A DNA stretch of 64,000 nt from a virus (lineage: Duplodnaviria; Caudoviricetes), in the IMG/VR virus record IMGVR_UViG_3300033068_001847, positions 32,001 through 96,000 of that record. One strand, 5' to 3'. Shown here one piece after another: positions 10,439 through 20,680 of this stretch. Each line of letters starts with the position of its first letter. The first letter of the stretch is position 1. The translations under genes were made by a program, and so were the position numbers. The notes beneath the pieces are model-generated. The model searched no databases. It was not told where the DNA came from and saw only the letters and a program-made list of their open reading frames with translations.

Positions 10439-12244
10439 TTAAGTTGTTTTATTACGTAAGATTATATCCTTAGTAGATTTGATTTCGAACATACTGTTTG
10501 ATTCACCAAAAATAGTATAATCAACTAAAGCAATTTGTCTTGTACTCTCATCAACATATGGTTGATTAATTTCATTTAAGCTATAATCACCTCCTACTTT
10601 ATTATATACCCTGATATCAATGATGTTTAATACGCCCGGAATGTTGTTAATTTTTTCAGTTAAATTACCCAAGTATATATTTTCATTCATATCATGTTTA
10701 CTGATATCCATATATTCTTTAATGACATTAATTACGTTTGTATTAACCTCACTTCTATTGAAAGCTTTATCTAATAAAAGATCTATTTCAAATGCAAGGT
10801 TTATAATTTTACCATCTTCAATTTCAATATAATCATTCATCATCCTATATTTAGAAAGATATTCTGCAATATTTTCTTTCATTATATCATTAGATGTATT
10901 ATTCAACTGACCCTTATCATTTAATGATAGAATTGAAAGAATTATCTTATTTGATTCTTCCCGCCCTGCAACTCTAAATGGAGCACCAAATTTTCCCGGC
11001 ATTTTAAATACTTGAGTTAGATAATCCCTAGTAGTAACACAACGATTCTGAGATGAGAAGTTATAAGATATAAATCTTCGGATTTGTTCAATAGAAGGTT
11101 CATCTGCACCACCTAATGCTGGAAAAATTGGATTATTTACTGTTAAAGAATTCTTAACTGAATTATTATAATCCTGACGTACACCATTAACAATCATATC
11201 AAAAGTACCTAAACCAGTCAATACGTTTTTACCGATATTACTACTAGATCCTCCACCAACTCTATATCTATAGAATATTGTTGAATTCACTTTGGGAATT
11301 TCTCCTAAAGCATCATTATTTAAATAAGTTTGAATATAAGGAATGTTTAAATTTAATGAGTCTATAAAATCATTGAAAATATCATTGCTTGATGTACCTC
11401 CACCAAATATTATTTTACAAAATCCACTTTCAGTATATTCCTTAATAAATTTTTTACTTGCCGTTATATATTTACCAGCTTTAATATCTTTTGAACTCTG
11501 ATCAATATCCTCGACAAATAATTTATCTTCAGCTAGTGCATCTACTTCATAATATCTATCTGAACTTGATAAAAATTGTTGTAATGTTGGATTAGTGGTA
11601 TAATTAGTTCCATTCAAAAGAATTACCTGTTCAATTGATATTACATCATCTTCAGGTATCACTATTGTCATAAATGGTTTATAATCCTCAGCAGTCACTA
11701 TTTTACTTCCTATTTTAGTCACACCATTCTTAACAATTTCTTGTTTTACTATAGTATAACTCTTAATAACATTATTGTTATCAATATTAGGTATGATCTT
11801 CCTATTTGGAATACCTATAGAACTATAATCGCTTGAAAAATCTACATCATCTGTAGTTTCAAAGATTTGACCTGCACCAGTAACTTGTGCCCCGGTTTTA
11901 ATAATAGGTAAGTATGATTTATCGTACATATCACCGTATGGTGGTACTTGAACTGAAAATTCCACTACAGTAATGGATGGTTTTTTATTAGGTATATGTA
12001 AACCTAATGTTCTAGCATGTGCTAATAGGTTTTTCTTCTCCTGAACATTCTCTAACTGAGTTTCTTGGAATTTTCTATCTGTATTGAATGATAGCATATC
12101 CCCCACACCACTAGCAATTTCTACTAATAATAAATCTATAGAAGCTGGAGTAAAGTCTACATCATAGGCACTCTTTGCATAATTTATAAGTTCACTTCTG
12201 ATCCCTTCAAAATCTCTTTTGTAATAATTTATTTTTCCAGCCAT
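10439..12244 (-). CDS. Baseplate wedge subunit (T4 gp6 / baseplate J-like)
   Basis: INYYKRDFEGIRSEL, YRYRVGGGSSSN, ALGGADEPSIEQIR and QNRCVTTRDY are hallmark gp6/J motifs; adjacent to a gp25-like gene. Confidence 0.88.
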   Translation of the reverse strand: MAGKINYYKRDFEGIRSELINYAKSAYDVDFTPASIDLLLVEIASGVGDMLSFNTDRKFQETQLENVQEKKNLLAHARTLGLHIPNKKPSITVVEFSVQVPPYGDMYDKSYLPIIKTGAQVTGAGQIFETTDDVDFSSDYSSIGIPNRKIIPNIDNNNVIKSYTIVKQEIVKNGVTKIGSKIVTAEDYKPFMTIVIPEDDVISIEQVILLNGTNYTTNPTLQQFLSSSDRYYEVDALAEDKLFVEDIDQSSKDIKAGKYITASKKFIKEYTESGFCKIIFGGGTSSNDIFNDFIDSLNLNIPYIQTYLNNDALGEIPKVNSTIFYRYRVGGGSSSNIGKNVLTGLGTFDMIVNGVRQDYNNSVKNSLTVNNPIFPALGGADEPSIEQIRRFISYNFSSQNRCVTTRDYLTQVFKMPGKFGAPFRVAGREESNKIILSILSLNDKGQLNNTSNDIMKENIAEYLSKYRMMNDYIEIEDGKIINLAFEIDLLLDKAFNRSEVNTNVINVIKEYMDISKHDMNENIYLGNLTEKINNIPGVLNIIDIRVYNKVGGDYSLNEINQPYVDESTRQIALVDYTIFGESNSMFEIKSTKDIILRNKTT

Positions 12245-12618
12245 TATAATTGTACTTCTATTAAAATATTATTCACATAAATATCATCACTATCATTTGC
12301 TATGATTTTCAGATTAATTGTATGATCTAATTTCTCAACCTCAATTTCAGTGATTTGAATGGTTGGTAAGCAACTAACTAAAGATGCATTTGCTTCACTT
12401 TTAATATCTGTTAATGTGATATCATCATTAGGTTCGAATAAATACTTATATAAACTTGTCCCGAAAGTAGGATCAAAAAATCTTTCTCCTTTACGTGTAG
12501 TTAATACATGTAAGATATCAGATTTAATTGCATCAGTCGTGGTTTTATTAGAATCGAAATAATAACCTTTGGGACTATCTTTAAAAGGAAATTTAATATT
12601 TATATGTTCTCTATCCAT
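12244..12618 (-). CDS. Baseplate wedge subunit gp25/GPW-like
   Basis: IKSDILHVLTTRKGERFFDPTFGTSLYKYLFEP is the gp25 signature. Confidence 0.9.
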   Translation of the reverse strand: MDREHINIKFPFKDSPKGYYFDSNKTTTDAIKSDILHVLTTRKGERFFDPTFGTSLYKYLFEPNDDITLTDIKSEANASLVSCLPTIQITEIEVEKLDHTINLKIIANDSDDIYVNNILIEVQL

Positions 12619-12637
12619 TTACTATAAATATTAAATT

Positions 12638-13498
12638 TTAATTTATTTTGATGCTTGGAGCTATTATTTTATTTAAATCGTAATTAATAATCTCAGGAAC
12701 TTTACCAAATCCTTTGTTAGCTGGTAAATTTTGTGGGTGAACGTGATTTGCAACAAAATTTTGCATAAGTTTTAAGAATTCTACAATAGGTTCTGCATAG
12801 GCTGCTGAGAAAGCTGTTTCAACTATCTTTTTTAATTCTTCTTCGTCCAGAATAGTATTATATTTCTTAGCACCATCGTAAGTAATCAAACAAATTTTAT
12901 CTCCTACTACAGAACTGTAAGATCTTTGTCCATTAGTACTTAATTTTAGTTGTATATATGAAGGATTTTTATTATTTACCTTAGTTTTATCATTAAAAAT
13001 GAATTTACCTGCTCTAATTAATACTTCCTTATCCTTAAAAATTAAATCTGTATTATCCCGACCCTGAATTGCCACATCTTTATCATTAACGTATGCATCT
13101 TTTGCAGTTGGTATTTTACTAAGACTCTTATTTGGAGTTACTTTTGAAATATCTTGATTAGATTGTGCTGTTTTAGCACTCTCAAATGTTAAATTATTGA
13201 ATGATGTGATAACTGGTCCAATCCATTCACGTTTATTCATTAAATCACTCTTACTCGGAGTGAATATCTTTACCATTTCACCAACTTTAGGGTTAGTAAT
13301 AGTAAATAATGGTAAAAATGGAGTACACCAAGGCAAAGAACTATCAGGTGTTTTATCATCAATACCTTTGATTCTAGCTCTTACTCTTTTAGAATCGTTT
13401 GGATCAGCAATATCCACAACAATAGCATAATAAAAAAATACGTGATCGTTATTTTTATCCTTACCTGTAGTTTGTAAATGGCTATTTTGTTCAAACAT
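12638..13498 (-). CDS. Baseplate hub/central spike protein (gp5 N-terminal OB fold)
   Basis: AIVVDIADP..SKRVRARI..LPWC.P..PKVGEMV matches the gp5/VgrG OB fold; C-terminal HVH metal-binding tip motif. Confidence 0.8.
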   Translation of the reverse strand: MFEQNSHLQTTGKDKNNDHVFFYYAIVVDIADPNDSKRVRARIKGIDDKTPDSSLPWCTPFLPLFTITNPKVGEMVKIFTPSKSDLMNKREWIGPVITSFNNLTFESAKTAQSNQDISKVTPNKSLSKIPTAKDAYVNDKDVAIQGRDNTDLIFKDKEVLIRAGKFIFNDKTKVNNKNPSYIQLKLSTNGQRSYSSVVGDKICLITYDGAKKYNTILDEEELKKIVETAFSAAYAEPIVEFLKLMQNFVANHVHPQNLPANKGFGKVPEIINYDLNKIIAPSIKIN

Positions 13499-13665
13499 TA
13501 TTTTCGCTTCTTTAATTCAGTCATTAATTCCAAATACTCATTTTCTGTCACATTTAAGACTTCATGTAGAATTAATATCTCCTGTTTCAATTTTTCATGA
13601 TTTACACAAATATTATTAATCATTTCAATTAATTCGTCATTGGATAATTTAGAAATATCTTCCAT
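13498..13665 (-). CDS. Small coiled-coil hypothetical protein (55 aa)
   Basis: Below the track cutoff. MEDISKLSNDELIEMINNI...ELKKRK fills the gap exactly, with TAATG overlaps on both sides. Confidence 0.65.
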   Translation of the reverse strand: MEDISKLSNDELIEMINNICVNHEKLKQEILILHEVLNVTENEYLELMTELKKRK

Positions 13666-14069
13666 TATTGTATAATTGCATTTCCTTTACCAATGCTAGT
13701 AGTTACACCTTTAATAATCACAGGTATACCATTAGCTGTTGTACCTTGAGCTAGAATACTTATTCCCGGTCTGATAGCTACTGTAGTACGTGCATCAACT
13801 GATATAGCGTTTAAATATTCTTCGGCTCTAATAATTTCAATCACCTCATCAGGATTAACTTGACCATCTGGAAAACTACCTACAGGTAAACCAGCTTCCG
13901 CTCTTCTCCTAATAATAGTAGCTGCCAACTTCTGAGCACTCATTCCTGATCTACTTTTAGATGCTAGTACTAAGTAAGGTGATACTTCTGGATCTCTAGG
14001 TTTAGGTATTGTAAGTAAATCTAAAACTCCTGATAAAATTGAGTTTACATTTGTAAAATCTATATCCAT
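13665..14069 (-). CDS. Hypothetical virion protein (probable start MDIDF at 14069)
   Basis: Track ORF 13665..14120; the ATG at 14069 follows the upstream stop directly. Confidence 0.55.
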   Translation of the reverse strand: MDIDFTNVNSILSGVLDLLTIPKPRDPEVSPYLVLASKSRSGMSAQKLAATIIRRRAEAGLPVGSFPDGQVNPDEVIEIIRAEEYLNAISVDARTTVAIRPGISILAQGTTANGIPVIIKGVTTSIGKGNAIIQ

Positions 14070-14070
14070 G

Positions 14071-15345
14071 TTATATTTTTTTAAATAATCCCTGTATAAT
14101 TTTTTTATACTTATCTGCACTCTCCTGAATATACATAGTAGCTATTGCAGAAACTATTTTTAATAGATCTCTTTTTAACATATTAAAGAGACTCTTCATC
14201 AAACTATTTATTATCGACTTGATAATACACTTGATTAAACTTTTATTAGCTCTGATGTCAGCTATGGGAGTTAAAAGGTTATTATTTGTATTGTTATTAA
14301 CCATTCCATATAAAAGGATCACTTGCGGTGATAATATAAAATTCTTAACAATATTATTTTTCAATGACACCATAAACTTTGATAGAAATCCATTTGCCAT
14401 AGATTGTCTGTCTTTATGATCCACACTAGTATTTAGTTTTTTAATAACATCAGTAAAAAAACGACTATTATATCCACCATATTTCTTAACTGCTTTTAAT
14501 AGATCAGCGTTACTAATATTAGTACCTATTTGATCAGATCCAATATCATTATAATATGTGTAATTCATTGATATCTTTTCATTAATCAATTCAGTTTCAC
14601 CATCATTAAATTTATAATATGAATCATCTTCCTCTGTTTCGATAATAATGTTATTCAACACAATATCTATCTGTTGATTCAGAATTTGTTTTTCTTTACT
14701 TAAGTTTTTACCATTAAAGAGATCACTAAAACTATTACCTACGATTGTAGAAGTATTTACCAGATTAACATTATCTATAAATGAATATAGAAAATCTTTA
14801 TACTTAACAGTAGAGTTTAATGGATAAAAAGTAAAATATCCGTCTTGGTTATTAAATGAACATTCAATAATATCATTAACTCTTTTTCTAGTGTTAGGAT
14901 TTTTAACAGCATCCTGTAACTTCAACTGGAATTCGCTTAAATATAATTCGTGCTCAGGTGTATTTTCCTGTATAAATAAATCGTTATTAAAATCTAATTT
15001 ATTTAAATGGATCTTATACCCACCCGTAATAAATGATGGAATTGTAGAATCATTCTTATCACCACCAATTGTATTAGTTATTTCTTCTTTGATTTTATCT
15101 TTGAAAGTAGCGTCAATATTACCAATATTACCTACCATGTTTTTAACTACTTTATTAATACTATCTGATCCAGAAACAACGGTTAATAAATCAATTAGAA
15201 ATATAAAGGGATCTTTATTTATTTTACCGTTTAGTAAAGAAGTGGATTGATTTTTCAATAGATCTCTATTAACAACAATTTCGTTAGCTGTTTTTAGTAT
15301 AGCGATCTGCTCAAATACATTTTTCTTTTTAGATAAAATTGACAT
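14071..15345 (-). CDS. Hypothetical protein (424 aa), probably structural
   Basis: Long ORF in the operon with baseplate genes. Confidence 0.55.
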   Translation of the reverse strand: MSILSKKKNVFEQIAILKTANEIVVNRDLLKNQSTSLLNGKINKDPFIFLIDLLTVVSGSDSINKVVKNMVGNIGNIDATFKDKIKEEITNTIGGDKNDSTIPSFITGGYKIHLNKLDFNNDLFIQENTPEHELYLSEFQLKLQDAVKNPNTRKRVNDIIECSFNNQDGYFTFYPLNSTVKYKDFLYSFIDNVNLVNTSTIVGNSFSDLFNGKNLSKEKQILNQQIDIVLNNIIIETEEDDSYYKFNDGETELINEKISMNYTYYNDIGSDQIGTNISNADLLKAVKKYGGYNSRFFTDVIKKLNTSVDHKDRQSMANGFLSKFMVSLKNNIVKNFILSPQVILLYGMVNNNTNNNLLTPIADIRANKSLIKCIIKSIINSLMKSLFNMLKRDLLKIVSAIATMYIQESADKYKKIIQGLFKKI

Positions 15346-15347
15346 TA

Positions 15348-15854
15348 TTAAAATCCTGCGTCAGTTATATCACTCTCTTCCTGACTTGATTCATCAGTAC
15401 CTTCAATGATATTTTTAATTTCCAAATCCTCGTTCTCCTGCATTTCATCAATTGATAATACAGTTTCTTCTTCCTCCGCTTCCTTATTATTAGCACTATT
15501 GAAAATTGCAAAGATTTGCTTTTTCTCATCTTCCGTTACTACGGATGCCTTACCTGATCCATCATCAGTAGCTTTTTGGTCCTTCTGTAGATAATCTTTA
15601 ATTAATCGGGCACATGATATTTTCTTTTCAGAAGTATCATTTATTGTTTTTAAAAAGTCAACGTTGATTTTACCGATCATTGCAACATCGTTATTATCAA
15701 CAGTTGACTTAATTTGTTTATTATATTGTTGAGTTGCTTTTATTTTTGTTTCTTCAACTTCATTCCATATGTTTTTCAACATTGATTCTAAAGCTTCTGG
15801 TGTTAATTCAACATTTACTTTTCTTGGTCTCCCACCTACATTTCTTGAACTCAT
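15348..15854 (-). CDS. Hypothetical helical protein with acidic tail (168 aa)
   Basis: ORF preceded by TATTTATA; basic GGRPRK N-terminus. Confidence 0.55.
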   Translation of the reverse strand: MSSRNVGGRPRKVNVELTPEALESMLKNIWNEVEETKIKATQQYNKQIKSTVDNNDVAMIGKINVDFLKTINDTSEKKISCARLIKDYLQKDQKATDDGSGKASVVTEDEKKQIFAIFNSANNKEAEEEETVLSIDEMQENEDLEIKNIIEGTDESSQEESDITDAGF

Positions 15855-15892
15855 ATTTAAATCCTTTATTTATAAATATTTAAATAATGATT

Positions 15893-16609
15893 TTAGTCAT
15901 TATAAACATCATCCTTAATTAATTGGTAAAGAATTTTGAATTTTTTAAGTGAATTTCTAACCTCTTTTGAAGTTAAAAATGAAGTTTCCCGAATATAATA
16001 CAGGATCTTATTTCTTTCTAACATATTACTTTTACCTTCAGGATCAATAAAATTCTCCCAATTTTCAAGTAAATCAATAACAGCTAGTCCGACTTTTATA
16101 TCATTAGGTTTCAGTTTTTCATTTGTTTCAATTTCTAATTGTAACTTATCAATAAGAACCTTAATGAAATCAAATGTTTCAACTTTCTCTTCAATATCTA
16201 ATTCATATGTATACCTTTCATTCTCTTCTAAATCCGAAGAAATATCTTCATATGATAAGTACCTGTTTTTATTCTTTGAATATTTTAATAATTGAGCTTT
16301 TAAATAATTTACTGATATTGTCCCATAATATGAATAAGCTTTCTTATTCTCTCCGGGATCAAACTTTGAAAATTTAGTTAGGAGGAATGATAAAGTATCG
16401 TTTTTTAAATCATCAATACTAATATCATCCCTCATTAACCTGTACCGCTTGATAAGACTTTCGATCATCTTATTTAACGGCTTATTTAATTTTTCATTAA
16501 AAACTTTATCTCTGTTGGCTGGATCACCATACAAATATTCAATTACTGCCTTTTCTTCTGGTTCATCAAAATAATTTTTCGGTGAATTTTCTGACTTTTT
16601 TCTACCCAT
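15893..16609 (-). CDS. Phage RNA polymerase sigma factor, T4 gp55 (late sigma)-like
   Basis: NYF..EE..V..Y, then DLKNDTLSFLLTKFSKFDPGENKKAYSYYGTI, which parallels the sigma region 2 / gp55 FDP..K..AY.YF.I pattern. Confidence 0.7.
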   Translation of the reverse strand: MGRKKSENSPKNYFDEPEEKAVIEYLYGDPANRDKVFNEKLNKPLNKMIESLIKRYRLMRDDISIDDLKNDTLSFLLTKFSKFDPGENKKAYSYYGTISVNYLKAQLLKYSKNKNRYLSYEDISSDLEENERYTYELDIEEKVETFDFIKVLIDKLQLEIETNEKLKPNDIKVGLAVIDLLENWENFIDPEGKSNMLERNKILYYIRETSFLTSKEVRNSLKKFKILYQLIKDDVYND

Positions 16610-16627
16610 TATACTTTCTAACAGATC

Positions 16628-17455
16628 TTAACCTAGATCTGCTGGAGAGTATACAATATCACGTTCAATTTCATTTGGATTAAACAAATACTCTTTTTTT
16701 GCAGTTTCTAAGAAAAACTTACCTTCTTCAGGTTTAATTCCAGTACTGGCATCTTGGTATTGATTAAACAATGAACCTTTTCTATTTATTAAATGTTTGT
16801 AACTGATTTTTGGGATTACTACACTTTCATGATCGTTATTGATAAAACGTAATAGGAACTCATAAATGAAGTGTACTTTAATGTTTGCTTTTAAACCACC
16901 TACTTCTTCAAAAGATTCTTTATTAATAATAGCTCCACTGATCATAAAAGAGTTGTGTGTAAGTAACGTATTAAGATCTAATTTACCATGTACTTCAGAA
17001 AATCCTTGTGCCCATACACCTTCATTAATGAACTGTATCAATTTACCATCTCCATCTACTAAAACCGTAAGTGGGATAAACATTGCAGTATCTTTATATT
17101 CCTTACTCTCAGAATAAAGTTTAACGTTATTGAAATATGTTTTTGAATATTCATCATCTAACTCTAAAATTGAAAAATATTTCGTTTCAACCTTAGAAAC
17201 CCCAAAATTTACTTGAGTACAGAAATCAGTTGATTTAAGATGTTTTACAATTTCAATTTCAACACCTACTTTACTAGCAACCTTTTCAATTTCATCAACT
17301 AATGTTTGTAAGTCTGGACATACAACTAGGATTTTTGAAATTTTAGTTTCTTGATCAACTACACTAGATAATGCTTTTCCAAACAAATCTTGAGTAGTTT
17401 CATCATATAATTCATGTACTGGTACTAATACCGTTATGTCTAATTTATTCTCCAT
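16628..17455 (-). CDS. Glycosyltransferase family 2 (probable start MENKL at 17455)
   Basis: ITVLVPVH, NFGVSKVETKYFSILELDD (DxD-like) and FEEVGG motifs. Confidence 0.85.
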   Translation of the reverse strand: MENKLDITVLVPVHELYDETTQDLFGKALSSVVDQETKISKILVVCPDLQTLVDEIEKVASKVGVEIEIVKHLKSTDFCTQVNFGVSKVETKYFSILELDDEYSKTYFNNVKLYSESKEYKDTAMFIPLTVLVDGDGKLIQFINEGVWAQGFSEVHGKLDLNTLLTHNSFMISGAIINKESFEEVGGLKANIKVHFIYEFLLRFINNDHESVVIPKISYKHLINRKGSLFNQYQDASTGIKPEEGKFFLETAKKEYLFNPNEIERDIVYSPADLG

Positions 17456-17711
17456 TTTTTTCTCTTCTTTTAACTTCACGTTTTAACATTTTAACATCCT
17501 TTTCTAAATCAACACTTCCTTCGAAGGTTTCACCAGCTTTATTCGGTTTAGATTTAGAAACATGAAAAAATTCTCCTTTTAAATGTTCACGAATTGCCTT
17601 AACTCCTTCAGTTCTTAATTTTCTGTAATCCTCGTAAGACATATTCTGCGGTCTCTCATTAAGAATTAATATTTCTTTATTAATATCTTGTGTGGTTTCT
17701 ATATTATCCAT
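17445..17711 (-). CDS. Hypothetical protein (88 aa)
   Basis: Coupled ORF between two GT genes. Confidence 0.55.
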   Translation of the reverse strand: MDNIETTQDINKEILILNERPQNMSYEDYRKLRTEGVKAIREHLKGEFFHVSKSKPNKAGETFEGSVDLEKDVKMLKREVKRREKNGE

Positions 17712-18774
17712 CTTTTTTCTCGTTTTTTAGTTGTTCAATTAATTTACCTATTTCTTCTTTTCTAGTTTCAATATATCCACTGTAGATATTCTCTACGTTT
17801 ACATCTTCATCTTCTTTAGTGTAAAGTTTAGCTAGTTCTTTGATACCATCCAAAATTTCTTGAGGTTCACTATCTTCTAACCACATTCCAGTATATTGAG
17901 CAACTAGATCAGCTAAATCAATTATATTATTAGTCCAGATACCTTTAGTATCTTCAGCATATTCTGGAATGATATCAGGTACTAGTCCAATAAAAGGAGT
18001 ATTAGTTTTAGCACATTCAATTGGGAAAGTACCAAAACCAGCAACTCTATCAATCCAAACACCTAAAAAACATTCATCTAATTTTGATGCGAAATCACTT
18101 CTCTTCATATCACGCATATCCTTGAATGAAATCATTTGATAGTGTGGGTATGCTGCATAGAAATGTTTTGCTAATGTTAATAACTGAGATTGATCCCTTG
18201 CAGAAACTGCAATAATAGGTTTCTTGATTTTACCTGATGGTTTAAAAATAGAATCATCAATAGCTGGTGGACATATTTTAATATCGAATTGGTTTTTAAA
18301 TACCTTTTCAAGATATTCCTGTAGTGGTTTTTGTACAACTACAACATTCCTTATTCCAAAATTTGCCCAAGATATCCCCGGCATTAATGATTGTAATACA
18401 TATAGATAAGACTGACATAACACAACTTTAATACAAGGTAAATTTTTAGTTTGTTCCATGATATTAGAGAACCCTTCTGGATAAACTAATAGGTCATCGA
18501 AATTAACTGTCATCTTACTCTTATCTAAAGCAACGTGTTTTAGATTACAATACTCTTCCCCTAACCATGTCGGTTTAACATAGTCTTTATTATCATGAAT
18601 GATCATTGTATCATAACCTAGATCTGTTAACCTTTTAACATGTGAATAAACTACTCCAATACCTCCACTGGCTTGTGGAACTGATGGTAAATAAAACATA
18701 AGCTTGTTTAGCTTATTTTCTATGTTATGAATCGTTAATTCTAATTTCTCAATTTTTTCTTTGTTATCTTCCAT
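17704..18774 (-). CDS. Glycosyltransferase, GT-B fold (GT4-like)
   Basis: SGGIGVVYSHVKRLTDLGYD, LVYPE and GFGTFPIECA (EGFG..P.E-like) motifs. Confidence 0.8.
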   Translation of the reverse strand: MEDNKEKIEKLELTIHNIENKLNKLMFYLPSVPQASGGIGVVYSHVKRLTDLGYDTMIIHDNKDYVKPTWLGEEYCNLKHVALDKSKMTVNFDDLLVYPEGFSNIMEQTKNLPCIKVVLCQSYLYVLQSLMPGISWANFGIRNVVVVQKPLQEYLEKVFKNQFDIKICPPAIDDSIFKPSGKIKKPIIAVSARDQSQLLTLAKHFYAAYPHYQMISFKDMRDMKRSDFASKLDECFLGVWIDRVAGFGTFPIECAKTNTPFIGLVPDIIPEYAEDTKGIWTNNIIDLADLVAQYTGMWLEDSEPQEILDGIKELAKLYTKEDEDVNVENIYSGYIETRKEEIGKLIEQLKNEKKDG

Positions 18775-18807
18775 TTATTTTAATATTAATTTAAAAATAA
18801 TTTTTTA

Positions 18808-19386
18808 TTATAAGTTTTTAAAGTCTATTATCTTAATATCTCCACCCACTACTGACTTTTTACCTACGAACGATGCATCCCAATATTCAGAATATAATTC
18901 TTCAGTATCTTTGACGAATAAAATCCTATTAATCTCACATCCACACTTTGAAAGGAAAAATAAAGTAGATGACTTAGCTTTACCTTTCGCTGTTGAGAAC
19001 AGGGTTATATCAATATTATTTTCTTCATTCTTATTTTGTTCATTCAAATAATTTACTACATTTGTACTAGTTTCTTTTGCATGACCGAAGATCTCCAACA
19101 CATTATCAAACATAAACTTGTTAAATAGTTCCTCATTCGGTATATACTCTGCATCCTCATCAATTACCACAACAGTTTCTACAAATCCATCATACATCAA
19201 ACCTTGATCATCGTGTTCTTTTGTTATTTCTTTATACTGTGGGAAATTAAAATGTTTCCATAAATCATGTGGTTCTACGTCACTTATATCACCAGTCCAA
19301 TCATCTATCTGAGTATTGTATGCTTTTATTAGAGTTGGATACCAGTCTCTTATCAAATCAATATCTATTGCTATTTTCTTCTTCAT
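18808..19386 (-). CDS. HAD-superfamily 5'(3')-deoxyribonucleotidase-like protein
   Basis: N-terminal KKIAIDID HAD motif I and ITLFSTA motif II. Confidence 0.55.
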   Translation of the reverse strand: MKKKIAIDIDLIRDWYPTLIKAYNTQIDDWTGDISDVEPHDLWKHFNFPQYKEITKEHDDQGLMYDGFVETVVVIDEDAEYIPNEELFNKFMFDNVLEIFGHAKETSTNVVNYLNEQNKNEENNIDITLFSTAKGKAKSSTLFFLSKCGCEINRILFVKDTEELYSEYWDASFVGKKSVVGGDIKIIDFKNL

Positions 19387-19675
19387 AATTTAATTGTTTT
19401 ACCACTTTATCAAAATGGATTATTTTGTTTTTTATATCATCTATTGAATAATCTCCTAAAGAAAACCATTCACCTGCTTGCCTGCAATGTGTTAAATATC
19501 TATGCATCATTTTTTCCACTTCCTTTGCATAATCAGTTGTATATTCCCACACTGTAGCAATCTTCAATGAATTACCTGTTTGACATTGTTTTAATCTACC
19601 TTTAGATGAATTAGATTTAGTATGCCCAATCTTATATTCCCAAGTTCCTTCAGCATTTAAAATATATATAATCAT
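19358..19675 (-). CDS. GIY-YIG / T5orf172-family protein (probable start MIIYIL at 19675)
   Basis: IYIL..YKIGHT..RLKQCQTGN..EKMMH..GEWF signature. The track's longer start overlaps a promoter and a terminator. Confidence 0.8.
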   Translation of the reverse strand: MIIYILNAEGTWEYKIGHTKSNSSKGRLKQCQTGNSLKIATVWEYTTDYAKEVEKMMHRYLTHCRQAGEWFSLGDYSIDDIKNKIIHFDKVVKQLNYEEENSNRY

Positions 19676-19679
19676 GAGT

Positions 19680-19710
19680 GAAAAATAAAATATAGGTACT
19701 CGAAAGTCAA
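19680..19710 (-). promoter_or_regulatory. Putative host-type promoter, variant TTG-N20-TATTTTTC
   Basis: Minus strand reads cTTGACtttcgagtacctatattttatttttc just after a terminator. Confidence 0.4.
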
Positions 19711-19714
19711 GTAT

Positions 19715-19748
19715 AAAAAAAGTCACCTATAAATTAATATAGATGACT
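19715..19748 (-). terminator. Rho-independent terminator after phoH
   Basis: Stem AGTCATCTAT/ATAGGTGACT followed by a T run on the minus strand. Confidence 0.75.
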
Positions 19749-19771
19749 AATATGGATTAGAGTGTATTATC

Positions 19772-20578
19772 TTATTTTCCTTGTTCTTTGAACCTATCTA
19801 ATATTACTGAAATTATCTTATTTCTTACAATATCTTCTTTTCCAAATTCGAAAGTACCAATTCCTTCGATTCCTTGTAAATGTTCTACAACAAATGCTAA
19901 ACCACATTCATGTAACTTACTTTGTTTAAATCTATCACTTTGATCCATATCACCAGATAAAATGAATTTACAATCAGTACCTATTCTTGATAAAAGTGTT
20001 TTGATTTGTGGTATTGTGGTATTTTGTATTTCCTCACCTAACAATATTGCATTATCAATGTTTATACCTCTTAAATAACCTAAACCATAGATAACAATTA
20101 CTTTTTTATCAATCAAAGTTTTCATTGCTGATTCACCAATTATCTTTTTCATAAGATAATAAGTTGAGAAAACATATGGATCTAATTTCTCTTCAATAGT
20201 ACCCGGTAAAAATCCTAGTTTTTCATCAGCTTCAACTGCTGGCGTAGTAATAATAATTTGTTCGTAATTATTATTTAAATCAGATAATAATTGAAATGCT
20301 TTGTAAACAGCTAAATATGATTTTCCAGTACCTGCTGGACCTTTACATAAAGTGATTTCATTATCTTCAATTAATTTAAGAAAAGCTCGTTGTTTATCAC
20401 TTCTTGCTTTAACTCTAGGTAACTCACCACCTAGTGCTCTGTGAAAAATTGTTTTATTACTCAATTCAACCCCATTCAACCTATTTTCAATTTCCTTACC
20501 TGCTCTTTTTGAGATTTTTTCAGTTTCATCAGCTAATTTATATGCTGGTATCTTTGTTTTATTACGTGGTCCTGCCAT
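19772..20578 (-). CDS. phoH: PhoH-family ATPase
   Basis: GPAGTGKSYLA, LGFLPGTIEEKLDPY, YLRG, EIQN and GDMDQSD motifs. Confidence 0.93.
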   Translation of the reverse strand: MAGPRNKTKIPAYKLADETEKISKRAGKEIENRLNGVELSNKTIFHRALGGELPRVKARSDKQRAFLKLIEDNEITLCKGPAGTGKSYLAVYKAFQLLSDLNNNYEQIIITTPAVEADEKLGFLPGTIEEKLDPYVFSTYYLMKKIIGESAMKTLIDKKVIVIYGLGYLRGINIDNAILLGEEIQNTTIPQIKTLLSRIGTDCKFILSGDMDQSDRFKQSKLHECGLAFVVEHLQGIEGIGTFEFGKEDIVRNKIISVILDRFKEQGK

Positions 20579-20680
20579 TTAAAAAATTATTAATTAATCT
20601 TATATCCAAAATATAATAGATGATTACAATTGTACAGTACAATTAATTTTTCATTTTTATATACTTGATCTTCAATAAGA